From: Candidatus Buchananbacteria bacterium
Lineage (GTDB): Bacteria > Patescibacteriota > Patescibacteriia > 2-01-FULL-39-33 > JBAYJR01
Direction of reading: 5' to 3'
Length of the DNA stretch: 64,000 bases
Assembly: GCA_041665005.1 (NCBI GenBank)
Contig: JBAYJR010000008.1
Span: 1,423-65,422, forward strand
Part shown: piece after piece, positions 1-10,504 of the stretch
Layout of the letters: each line of letters opens with the position of its first letter
Numbering within the stretch: position 1 is the first letter of the stretch
Notes under the pieces: model-generated
Databases searched by the model: none
The model's input: the letters and a program-made list of their open reading frames with translations, nothing else
What the model was told of the DNA's origin: nothing
Translations under genes and position numbers: made by a program

Positions 1-295
1 AAGCGGCTACTTTTAACCGTTGGCCGAGGTCCGCCCCGGCTAATTTATGAGATTTTAAAGCATGATCTAATAATTTATCGGCTTCCACCACCGCCGCGCG
101 ATAAATTAATTCATTGTCGGTTTCCAACATTTGTTCCACCTGTTGCCATTTTTGTTGGAAATTTTTTTGTTCGTCAGATAACGAACGTCGAAATAAAAAA
201 TTTTGGACTAAAGACGATTTAATAATTACCACTAAAACTAAAACAACCACCACACAACCGGCCACAAAAAAAATTGGAAAAAGCTGTAAATTCAT
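1..295 (-). CDS. Hypothetical membrane-anchored protein, 3' end truncated by the window start. This ORF is not in the supplied track.
   Basis: I translated the minus strand by hand. ATG at 295-293 opens a frame that stays open to position 1 and reads MNLQLFPIFFVAGCVVVVLVLVVIIKSS... (N-terminal TM helix) followed by a soluble region. It lies directly downstream of gatA on the same strand. The plus-strand track ORF 114..314 is probably spurious. Confidence 0.4.
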   Translation of the reverse strand, partial: MNLQLFPIFFVAGCVVVVLVLVVIIKSSLVQNFLFRRSLSDEQKNFQQKWQQVEQMLETDNELIYRAAVVEADKLLDHALKSHKLAGADLGQRLKVAA

Positions 296-369
296 CTTGA
301 TTTTTTTACTTTGATTACTTTAACAAATATTCCACTTTGATAAACCAACAACTTAGCTAATAATTTAAA

Positions 370-1830
370 TTAAAGTTGCGGTTTTTGTTTATGCCAATTA
401 GTGGCTTGCTGATACTGATGACCCACTCGCAGGACCATTTCTTCCTTAAAACGATCCCCTAATAACTGAATACCCACCGGCAAACCGTCGGCCAAACCAG
501 CCGGCACTACTAGGCCGCAAATACCGGCCAAACTGGCGGGAATGGTAAAGACATCTGATAAATACATTTTAATTGGATCATCAATATTTTCACCAATCTT
601 AAAAGCAGGAGTTGGCGCGACTGGGGTTAAAATAAAATCCACTTTAGTAAACGCTTGGGTAAAATCTTGTTTAACCAAAGTGCGCACTTTTTGCGCCTGT
701 AAATAATAAGCGTCATAATAACCAGCCGACAAAGCATAAGTACCAACCATCACCCGACGTTTGGCTTCGGCTCCCAAACCTTCGGCGCGACTTTTTAAAT
801 AAACTTCCAACAAATCATTAGCCAAAGCCGTGCTGTGACCATATTTAATACCATCATAACGCGCTAAATTTGAACTAACTTCTGAGGGACAAATAATATA
901 ATAAGCCGCCACGCCGTAAGCGGTGTGAGGCAAAGAAATTTCTTGGACTTTAACTCCCAGGCTTTCAAATTTTTTAATTGACTCTTCAACTACCGCCTTA
1001 ACTTTAGGGTCCAGACCTTCAATAAAATATTCCTTAGGTACTCCCATTACTAAACCTTTTAAATCTTTAATAATTTCCGCCGAATAATCCGGCACTGGTA
1101 AATTTGGTGTAGTAGAATCTTTATCATCGTGTCCGGCTAAATATTTCATAATCAAAGCCACGTCTTCCGCAGTTTTGCCAAATGGGCCAACCGTATCCAA
1201 AGAAGAAGTCATAGCTAAAACGCCAAAGCGCGAAACCCGACCGTAAGAAACTTTTAAACCTGTCGTGCCACAAAACGAGGCCGGTTCGCGAATAGAGCCA
1301 CCCGTATCCGTGCCTAAGGCGTAAATACATTCATCAGCCGCCATAGCGGCCGCAGAACCACCGGACGAACCACCTGGCACGCGAGCCAAATCCCAGGGAT
1401 TATGCGTCGGAAAATAAGCCGAATTTTCCGTAGAACCACCCATAGCAAATTCGTCCAAATTAGTTTTACCTAAAAAAACTCCACCCGCTGACCGTAAAGT
1501 TTTAACCACCGTTGCATCATAGGGCGGAACATATTGCTCTAAAATTTTAGACGCCGCCGTAGTACGCACTCCTTGAGTACAAAATAGATCTTTAATCGCC
1601 ACGGGAATACCGGCTAACGGCGACAAACTTTCGCCACGACCAATTTTTTGATCCACCGCTTGCGCCTGAGAAATTGCTAATTCTGGCGTTACTGTTAAAT
1701 AAGCCTTAACTTGCTCATCAACTTTTTCAATCCGGGCTAAACAATCGCGGGTTAATTCCTCCGCCGAAAAATCTTTATTGCGTAACCCTTGAAAAGTATC
1801 CACTAAGGTTAGTTCGTTTAGTTTGCTCAT
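370..1830 (-). CDS. gatA: Glutamyl-tRNA(Gln) amidotransferase subunit A
   Basis: 486 aa with the amidase signature region (GGSSGGSAAAMAA, GTDTGGSIREPA). It sits directly downstream of a GatC-like ORF with a 2-nt gap. Confidence 0.93.
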   Translation of the reverse strand: MSKLNELTLVDTFQGLRNKDFSAEELTRDCLARIEKVDEQVKAYLTVTPELAISQAQAVDQKIGRGESLSPLAGIPVAIKDLFCTQGVRTTAASKILEQYVPPYDATVVKTLRSAGGVFLGKTNLDEFAMGGSTENSAYFPTHNPWDLARVPGGSSGGSAAAMAADECIYALGTDTGGSIREPASFCGTTGLKVSYGRVSRFGVLAMTSSLDTVGPFGKTAEDVALIMKYLAGHDDKDSTTPNLPVPDYSAEIIKDLKGLVMGVPKEYFIEGLDPKVKAVVEESIKKFESLGVKVQEISLPHTAYGVAAYYIICPSEVSSNLARYDGIKYGHSTALANDLLEVYLKSRAEGLGAEAKRRVMVGTYALSAGYYDAYYLQAQKVRTLVKQDFTQAFTKVDFILTPVAPTPAFKIGENIDDPIKMYLSDVFTIPASLAGICGLVVPAGLADGLPVGIQLLGDRFKEEMVLRVGHQYQQATNWHKQKPQL

Positions 1831-1832
1831 AT

Positions 1833-2120
1833 TTATTCTTTAAAAACTGCTTTAACTTTAATTTGACCGGCTTCTGTGTCCGGCGCTTGGGCCAATAGCT
1901 CAGCCTGATGATTTAGTTCTACAACTTGATCGGCTTGCGTGATGTTTTCTAGGCCCGTCACCTGACTAGTGGGCAAAACCTGACTAGTATCCACCTGGGA
2001 TAACTGTGAAACATATTCTAAAATAGAAGAAAGTTGCTGCTGATATTTTTGTTCATCAGCGGCACTTAATTGTAACCGCGCTAACTGAGCGATGTGTTGG
2101 ACTTCTTGAATAGTAAGCAT
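1833..2120 (-). CDS. gatC: Asp/Glu-tRNA amidotransferase subunit C
   Basis: 95 aa. The N-terminus reads IAQLARLQLSAADEQKY, typical of GatC, and the gene is immediately upstream of gatA. Confidence 0.85.
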   Translation of the reverse strand: MLTIQEVQHIAQLARLQLSAADEQKYQQQLSSILEYVSQLSQVDTSQVLPTSQVTGLENITQADQVVELNHQAELLAQAPDTEAGQIKVKAVFKE

Positions 2121-2172
2121 AGTAATAAAAAATTTATTAAATACCCAAATATTTTAGCACTAAATCACTCTC

Positions 2173-2201
2173 TTGACAACTACTTAAAAAAGAGCTATAA
2201 A
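2173..2201 (+). promoter_or_regulatory. Sigma70-like promoter: TTGACA, 17-nt spacer, TATAAA
   Basis: Read directly from sequence. TTGACA is at 2173-2178 and TATAAA at 2196-2201, 22 nt upstream of the start codon of ORF 2224..2484. AGGAGG RBS at 2213-2218. Confidence 0.4.
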
Positions 2202-2223
2202 AACTGAAAGATAGGAGGAATCT

Positions 2224-2484
2224 ATGGCCAAAGAATTCTACGAAGACAGTTTTTATTTACTAAAGGCCAAAAATGACCGGGCCTACGCTGAACAAAAAAA
2301 ATTACTTAAACTCAATAAACTTTATATTTTTATTGAGCAAAAGAATAGGTGGCAATTTGCCGTCAGATGCAATGGCTTTACTCCACCCCAGGCGGTGGGG
2401 TGTACCAGGGAATTAATTGATACTAAGGCTAAACAACTTAGCCCTAGCCAACAGAAACTCTGGAAAAAATTAAAAAAGAAATAA
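2224..2484 (+). CDS. Small Lys-rich hypothetical protein (86 aa), apparently a monocistronic unit
   Basis: Perfect AGGAGG RBS 5-6 nt upstream, a consensus promoter upstream and a hairpin terminator downstream. No recognisable domain. Confidence 0.5.
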   Translation: MAKEFYEDSFYLLKAKNDRAYAEQKKLLKLNKLYIFIEQKNRWQFAVRCNGFTPPQAVGCTRELIDTKAKQLSPSQQKLWKKLKKK

Positions 2485-2488
2485 AACC

Positions 2489-2527
2489 AAAACCTCCAAA
2501 CAAAAGTTTGGAGGTTTTCTTATTTTT
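2489..2527. terminator. Bidirectional rho-independent terminator (small ORF on plus, ligA on minus)
   Basis: Hairpin aacctccaaac-aaaa-gtttggaggtt followed by a T-run on plus and preceded by an A-run (T-run on minus). It lies between two convergent genes. Confidence 0.6.
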
Positions 2528-2535
2528 TCTAACTA

Positions 2536-4596
<2,061 letters not shown>

Positions 4597-4721
4597 CTAG
4601 TTATTGCGAGCACAGCGAAACAATCCAAATTACTTCGCCGTCCCCCGCCGTTGCGGGGTCCTCCTCGCAATGACAAAAAGTGATTTATTATACCAAAATT
4701 ATAGCAAAAAAATCTCAAAAA

Positions 4722-4757
4722 CTCAATAAAAAAACCACCGATTAATTACGGTGGTTA
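4722..4757 (-). terminator. Rho-independent terminator downstream of the cupin gene
   Basis: Hairpin aaccaccg-attaattac-ggtggtt with a T8 run on the minus strand. Confidence 0.5.
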
Positions 4758-4790
4758 TAATAATTAACTACTAAATTCTAACTAACTTTC

Positions 4791-5225
4791 CTACCAATCC
4801 AACGACATTGGTTCAATAACATCATCCTTAGGGTTCGGAGCTGGAGTTAGAATACAAAAATAAACTAACTGCTCCATCATTCCTCCGGCCTTACGAAAAG
4901 CGTGAACTACACCCGGTGGAATTATTACACAATCACCTAGCGCCACCTTAGTTATCTTACCAGCCAAAAATACTTCCCCCGCACCCCTTATAATCACACA
5001 AATTTCTTCCGATTTCTGGTGGCGGTGTAAAGGACCTTTGGTCTCAATAGCCACCTCAGTTAAACTTAAATTTTTAGCACCATTTTTTGGACTGACCAAT
5101 TGGTGCACTACTCCGATTCTCTCTCGGAGTAAGCCTGGAGTTTGCGGATTTTGCTCAATTAATACCCAATTATGCTGGGCATTCAATTTTTCTGCTAATA
5201 AAACAATTCCTGTTTTTTTGCTCAT
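4791..5225 (-). CDS. Cupin-fold protein (cupin_2 / sugar-isomerase-like small barrel)
   Basis: 144 aa with a cupin-like motif (GDCVIIPPGVVHAF). Strong RBS AGGAGG upstream. It is the last gene of the pilus operon. Confidence 0.55.
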   Translation of the reverse strand: MSKKTGIVLLAEKLNAQHNWVLIEQNPQTPGLLRERIGVVHQLVSPKNGAKNLSLTEVAIETKGPLHRHQKSEEICVIIRGAGEVFLAGKITKVALGDCVIIPPGVVHAFRKAGGMMEQLVYFCILTPAPNPKDDVIEPMSLDW

Positions 5226-5307
5226 TGTAGCCTCCTATTTTTTCAAATTTAAAACCACCTTAACATAGTCAGGTGGTTTTGTAAAGACTAAAAACTAAAG
5301 GTAAAAC

Positions 5308-6057
5308 CTAAAAAACCAAACTAAAATACCAAGTTAAAATCGGCTGACCCCACAATAGCATCACCCAAGTAGCCATTACCAAAAAGGGGCCAAAAGCAAT
5401 TTGATCTTTGAGGGTTTTATCACGCATGGCCATTAACAGCAAAGAAACCACCGCCCCTACAATATAAGCAATCATTAAAGCTAACCATAAATAATGTAAC
5501 CCCAGCAACAAACCCATCAAGGCCCCTAAACGTAAATCACCATCACCAATCCACCGGCCGCGCGAAAAAAAGTATTGAACTCCAAAAAATAAAAAACCAA
5601 TTACTCCACCCAATAATAAATTCAACCAATTTTGCCCTTGCCATAAACCCAACAACATTGCCAAAATAATTGCTGGCAACGAAATTACGTCCGGAATTAT
5701 GCCATAACGCCAATCAAACACTAACAATAAATAAAGCACGCTAACAATAATTAAATACCACAAATAATTAGTTGTTAGACCATAAACCGCATAACCGGTT
5801 AAAAAATAAACTACCGTACCTAGTTCAACCAAAGGATAATAGGCCGAAATCTTTTGGTGGCAATGCCGACATTTGCCCCCTAAAAAAACGTAACTTAAAA
5901 CGGGCACTAAATCAGTAACCGACAAAACATGTTGACAGTTAGGGCACTTGGACCGGCCCTTAACCATACTTTCTTGTTTATACAAACGATAAACTAAGGC
6001 CGTAAAAAAACTGCCAAAAATTAAAGCAAAAATAATTATCAAAAAAACAATTGCCAT
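5308..6057 (-). CDS. pilD: Prepilin peptidase (A24 family leader peptidase / N-methyltransferase)
   Basis: 249 aa polytopic membrane protein. N-terminal CxxC...CxxC zinc motif (CPNCQH...CRHCHQ) followed by multiple TM helices. It is adjacent to the pilin gene. Confidence 0.85.
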   Translation of the reverse strand: MAIVFLIIIFALIFGSFFTALVYRLYKQESMVKGRSKCPNCQHVLSVTDLVPVLSYVFLGGKCRHCHQKISAYYPLVELGTVVYFLTGYAVYGLTTNYLWYLIIVSVLYLLLVFDWRYGIIPDVISLPAIILAMLLGLWQGQNWLNLLLGGVIGFLFFGVQYFFSRGRWIGDGDLRLGALMGLLLGLHYLWLALMIAYIVGAVVSLLLMAMRDKTLKDQIAFGPFLVMATWVMLLWGQPILTWYFSLVF

Positions 6058-6061
6058 AAAA

Positions 6062-8293
6062 TTATTTAATATTTAAATTTTTTGCTAACAATAAATATTG
6101 CTGGGCTAACACTGGCTTACCCATTTCATTATACAACAAACCAGCCCATTGATACCACTGGACTTGTTCTGGCTGTAATTTAATTAGATGCAAAACAATA
6201 CTTAAAGCTTCAGTTTTAGGGCCTATTTGATGGGTAATTTCTACTAAAATTTTAAGTATCTGCGGATCTAAGGATAAGTGATAAGCCTGCCAAAAACTAC
6301 TTTTAGCCAACGCTATTTTTTTTTGTTGAAAATAGACCTGCCCCAAATCCTGATAAGCCAAAGCTTGTTCCTGAGCAATTAACCGCCGATGCTCTTCATT
6401 AACTCGCCAATCAATTAATGGCGGATAAAGCGCCAAGGCTTGTTTAATTTGCTGTTCCGCTAAATCATATTTTTGCCAAAATAAATACAACTTGCCCCAT
6501 TCGGCCGGCAACCGTGCCATTTGTGGGCTAAGTTTTACCAAAGCCTTAAAGGTTTGTTCGGCAGCCAAAAAATAATCAGGTTTTAAATAATAACCCGCCA
6601 AGACTTGCCACTGAGCTAATTTTAATAAGGCTTCTGGCTCTAACCACAAATAATCAATTTGCTGTAAATTATTAAAACCTAAGTCAATCACCTGTTGTTT
6701 TTGCTCGGAAGTTAAATTAGGATTTAAAAAATTCTGCAACGACTGCGCTAATTGCCAACGATAATACCCTTCGCCACTATTTAAAGCAAAAACTCTCTCA
6801 TATGCCTTGATCATTTTTTGATAACCACCAACTCTTTCCCAAAATTTAGCTTGAGCGAAGTTTTGTTCCGCAGCTAATCTTTGATAATTAAAAAGCGTAA
6901 ACCAAACAAGCATTAAAGCTAAAACTACCACTAAAAAAATCTTAAACCAAACTGACAATTTTATTTGATAAATTTTTATTTGGGCTACTGGCGCAGCTAA
7001 TAAGGCGATAAACAACCAAAAATATAAACCACTAACCACAGTAGTAAAATTAAATTGATTAGCCAATAAATAACCGGCCAAAGCTAAAAATAAAAATTGA
7101 TTTAGCGGATCGATTGTAGTCTTTAAATTTAACCAAGCTAAAAAAACAATCAGGCCTAACACTGCTAGCCAAGCCAATAAACCCAAATAACCGCTGGTCA
7201 ACAATACATCCAAAGTTTCATTATGCGTTCGATCGGGAATAGTATTAATTTTTTCATGCAAAGCAATTTGCGGAATATAGGTGTCGGCCAAAACCAAACT
7301 TTGAGTTTCTTGACCATAACCCCAGGCCGGCAACTTTGGCAATTTACTAGCCGCCGCTTGCCAAAAAAGCCAACGCGAAGCCAAAGAACCATACTGCCAA
7401 TTAAATAAAGTTTGCCAACGAGTTTGTAAATTTTCTGTAAAACCCGGACGGGCCACGGTTTGTATTACTTGACCGCTATACTGCCAAACTAAAAAGCCAT
7501 AACCTAAACTTAACAAGATTAAACCGCTAACCAAAACCAACAACCAACGATAAAACTTTTTTTGGCTCAGCCAATAACCAACTAAGATAATAATTTGACC
7601 CAACAACCCCAGCCAAATAGTTCGCGAAAAAGTAAAAAATAATGCACTAAATTGCCCCACTAACAACAATCGCAACAACCAACGACTTGGCTTTAAACTT
7701 TGCCGCGTCTGATACCAAACTAAGGGCCAAGTTAGCAATAAAAATAAACCTAAAAAATTTGGTTGGCCAAAGGTGGAAAATACTCGCCAAGTAATACTGG
7801 GAGCTTCTGACCAAGCCACTACATCCAAGCCGGCTAACTGACACCAAGCGTAAATAATCACTAAAGCCACTGAACCAATAATGGCTTTAAGCCAATAACG
7901 TTTTTTATCAATCAAAAAAATTTGTAAAGCTAACCAAAAAAATAATAAATAATGCATTATTAGCCACAAACCCTGCTCCCGCCAATAAGAACCCCAAAAA
8001 CTTAAATGTGGACTAATCGAAAATATTGCAGCTAATACTTGAGTAAATAAAAAAATCGCTATTACTAACATCGCTTGCCCTTGCCAAACTAAATTTACTG
8101 AATCTAACCACAGGTTTTTTATCAACCAAACAATTAACAACAATTCAATCAACCAACAACCAATTACCGCTTTATCTAGTTCAAAAATATTCCAACCTCG
8201 CCAATTAAAATAAACTGGCACAATAAAAATAGTAACTGCTAAAATTGCCACTAAAACCGAGTTTAAAATCTTTACTAAATATTGCTTAGACAT
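6062..8293 (-). CDS. O-antigen-ligase (Wzy_C) family polytopic membrane protein with C-terminal TPR repeats. Putative pilin O-oligosaccharyltransferase (TfpO/PglL-like).
   Basis: 743 aa. About 12 TM helices in the N-terminal 450 aa with a Wzy_C-like core, then a C-terminal TPR-like repeat region (e.g. ...YLLLAKNLNIK). It lies immediately downstream of the pilin gene. Confidence 0.6.
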   Translation of the reverse strand: MSKQYLVKILNSVLVAILAVTIFIVPVYFNWRGWNIFELDKAVIGCWLIELLLIVWLIKNLWLDSVNLVWQGQAMLVIAIFLFTQVLAAIFSISPHLSFWGSYWREQGLWLIMHYLLFFWLALQIFLIDKKRYWLKAIIGSVALVIIYAWCQLAGLDVVAWSEAPSITWRVFSTFGQPNFLGLFLLLTWPLVWYQTRQSLKPSRWLLRLLLVGQFSALFFTFSRTIWLGLLGQIIILVGYWLSQKKFYRWLLVLVSGLILLSLGYGFLVWQYSGQVIQTVARPGFTENLQTRWQTLFNWQYGSLASRWLFWQAAASKLPKLPAWGYGQETQSLVLADTYIPQIALHEKINTIPDRTHNETLDVLLTSGYLGLLAWLAVLGLIVFLAWLNLKTTIDPLNQFLFLALAGYLLANQFNFTTVVSGLYFWLFIALLAAPVAQIKIYQIKLSVWFKIFLVVVLALMLVWFTLFNYQRLAAEQNFAQAKFWERVGGYQKMIKAYERVFALNSGEGYYRWQLAQSLQNFLNPNLTSEQKQQVIDLGFNNLQQIDYLWLEPEALLKLAQWQVLAGYYLKPDYFLAAEQTFKALVKLSPQMARLPAEWGKLYLFWQKYDLAEQQIKQALALYPPLIDWRVNEEHRRLIAQEQALAYQDLGQVYFQQKKIALAKSSFWQAYHLSLDPQILKILVEITHQIGPKTEALSIVLHLIKLQPEQVQWYQWAGLLYNEMGKPVLAQQYLLLAKNLNIK

Positions 8294-8331
8294 GTTCTTA
8301 TTATAACAAAAAATTAAAGAAAAAAAACAAA

Positions 8332-8379
8332 CCCCCCATCTTTTAAACGACTAGAGCTAATCGGCTAAAAGATGGGGGG
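8332..8379 (-). terminator. Strong rho-independent terminator after the pilin gene
   Basis: A perfect 14-bp inverted repeat (ccccccatctttta / taaaagatgggggg) separated by 20 nt, followed on the minus strand by a T-run. Confidence 0.65.
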
Positions 8380-8411
8380 TAAGCTTTTAAAGGATCCCCA
8401 AAAAACTTAAC

Positions 8412-8804
8412 TTATGGATTTGATAAACCCGATGGGGTAGCAGTATGGGTGCCGGCTGTAATATCACCAACCGCACTTTCTATCGAATAACCAATAGTAT
8501 AACTAGCGCCACTATCTCGTTGCGTATAAGTATACGTTGCGCCACCCGGACCGGGGTTAGTTGGTACTAAAGTCATATAAGTACCGATCGTACCACCAGA
8601 AGTCACCGTAGCTGGATAGCTGTTATTATCTGTATAATACAACTCTAAGGCAGTCTGAACTTGTTTAATATCAGACAAACGTCGAGCGTCCCGGGATTTT
8701 TGTCTAGCTGAATTTAAAGAAATTACCGCCAAAGTTGATAATAAACCAATAATAGCGATAACCACTAACAATTCAATCAAGGTAAAACCTTTTCGTTTAA
8801 TCAT
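8412..8804 (-). CDS. Type IV (major) pilin with a class III prepilin signal
   Basis: 130 aa. N-terminus MIKRKGFTLIELLVVIAIIGLLSTLAV shows the G|FTLIE cleavage/methylation motif and conserved E5. GGAGGTG RBS upstream, and a dedicated strong terminator. Confidence 0.85.
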   Translation of the reverse strand: MIKRKGFTLIELLVVIAIIGLLSTLAVISLNSARQKSRDARRLSDIKQVQTALELYYTDNNSYPATVTSGGTIGTYMTLVPTNPGPGGATYTYTQRDSGASYTIGYSIESAVGDITAGTHTATPSGLSNP

Positions 8805-8858
8805 GTCTTCACCTCCCCTCTCTTATATAGAATTAAATATTAAGTAAAAATACAAGCC

Positions 8859-9251
8859 CTATTTTAAACCAATAATCTTTTTAATCTTGGCAACCACTTC
8901 GGATGGCATAAAATGGGCTTTTATTAAATAATCTTTGGCCCCCATCGCTAAGCCCCGATCAACATCTCCTTTTTGCGAAAGATTAGTTAATAAGATAACC
9001 GGAATATCTTTAGTATCCTGACCTTTTTTTAAAGTTTCTAAAACCACAAAACCATTTATTTTTGGTAGAATTAAATCTAACAAAATAATATCTGGCACCT
9101 TTTTTTGCACCAATTCTAAGGCTTTTTCGCCATCCATAGCCAAGATTACTTCAAAATTCTCTAACTTAAACTTAGTGGCATACAGTTCTGCTAAAAAAGC
9201 ATCATCCTCAACCAATAAAATTTTAATTTTTTTGTCACTTTTGACTGTCAT
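8859..9251 (-). CDS. Single-domain CheY-like response regulator (PilH/PilG-like)
   Basis: 130 aa receiver domain (KILLVEDD...DIILLDLILPKINGF...K). It is embedded between pilB and the pilin gene. Confidence 0.8.
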   Translation of the reverse strand: MTVKSDKKIKILLVEDDAFLAELYATKFKLENFEVILAMDGEKALELVQKKVPDIILLDLILPKINGFVVLETLKKGQDTKDIPVILLTNLSQKGDVDRGLAMGAKDYLIKAHFMPSEVVAKIKKIIGLK

Positions 9252-9257
9252 AAATAA

Positions 9258-10502
9258 TTAACTAATATTTTTGATCACTTCTTCCAAGGTAGTTAGCCCC
9301 TGACTGGCTTTTATTATACCATCAACTGCTAAAAAGATAAACTCCGGATCTAATTTAGTCAAGCTCTCGGCCGTCAATTCGCCACCTTCAATGAGATAAT
9401 TTTTCAAGGGCTCATTTAATTCAAAAATTTCCGCCAAAACCATTCTACCCTTATAGCCTGTTTGGCTACAATGTGGGCAACCAGCGCCCCGATAAAAAAC
9501 CAAATTTTCGGGATCTATCAAACCTGTAGGAGTCGACTTAACTAACGCTTTGGCAATTTTAAGTAACCCAGGAGCCGGCGTGGTTTCTACTCGGCAATCG
9601 GGACAAATTTTACGCACTAACCTCTGACTAATAATTAAACCCAAAGCTTCGGTTAGCAAAAAAGTTGGTAAGCCCATTTCTAATAACCGCTTGACCGTGC
9701 TTAAAACATCTGAGGTGGCCAAAGAAGAAAAAACTTTTTTATTAAAGGTGGCTACCCAACCGGCTAATTCTACCGCCGTAACGCTATCCAAGGTATCTAA
9801 CAACAAAATATCAGGCTCTTGTTTTAAGGCAACCTGCAAGGCCTCATTTAAATTTGAATCGTGCAAAGAGCCTAAAGAAATTTGATTAACTCCCGACAAA
9901 TAGCGTTCAATCGGCTCTTCTAAAGTGGTAATATTTACCGCTTCACTGTTTAAAATATTTAACAACGTGTACAGGGTGGTGGTTTTGCCTGAATTAACTT
10001 TGCCCGTTACTAAAAACAGGCCACCGCGGGTTAATTTTTTTTCAATCTGACTAAGATGATAATCAGCAAAGCCCAGCTCCACTAAAGTTTGCGGTTGATC
10101 GTAAGCGCTAACTAAATGTAAAACTACTTTTTCGCCTTCAATCATCGGCAAAAAATAAACTAAAACGTTATAAATTTTTCCTTCATATTCAAGTTTATAA
10201 CTGGCTGCCTGGGGTTGCAAATCTTTGGCCGGCGGCAAACCGACTAATTGACGTAAAGCTTGTAGCAAAGAAACTAATACCGTCGCACTTAAAGTTAGCG
10301 AAGAATGCAAAATTCCATCCACGCGATAACGTATTCTTACCTCACCCGCGCTAGGTTCAATATGAATATCCGTCGCCCGACCGTCTAAAGCGTTTTTGAT
10401 AATCACCTCTAAAATCTTTTGTCCGGAAACCAAAGCTTCGATCGATTGATCAGCTTTAGTCAAAGCGGGAGTAACTGCTGTGAAATTATTTTTAACTGAC
10501 AT
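9258..10502 (-). CDS. pilB: Type IV pilus assembly ATPase (PilB/GspE family, short form lacking the N-terminal domain)
   Basis: 414 aa. Walker A GKVNSGKTTTL, Asp/His boxes, and a C-terminal tetracysteine motif (CPDC...CPHC) characteristic of GspE/PilB rather than PilT. Confidence 0.8.
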   Translation of the reverse strand: MSVKNNFTAVTPALTKADQSIEALVSGQKILEVIIKNALDGRATDIHIEPSAGEVRIRYRVDGILHSSLTLSATVLVSLLQALRQLVGLPPAKDLQPQAASYKLEYEGKIYNVLVYFLPMIEGEKVVLHLVSAYDQPQTLVELGFADYHLSQIEKKLTRGGLFLVTGKVNSGKTTTLYTLLNILNSEAVNITTLEEPIERYLSGVNQISLGSLHDSNLNEALQVALKQEPDILLLDTLDSVTAVELAGWVATFNKKVFSSLATSDVLSTVKRLLEMGLPTFLLTEALGLIISQRLVRKICPDCRVETTPAPGLLKIAKALVKSTPTGLIDPENLVFYRGAGCPHCSQTGYKGRMVLAEIFELNEPLKNYLIEGGELTAESLTKLDPEFIFLAVDGIIKASQGLTTLEEVIKNIS

Positions 10503-10504
10503 AA

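Noticed and set aside
114-314. Plus-strand 66-aa ORF at the left edge
   Set aside because: It overlaps a longer, better-structured minus-strand ORF with a TM helix plus a soluble domain that continues to the window edge. The plus ORF is Lys/Thr-rich low complexity with no RBS.
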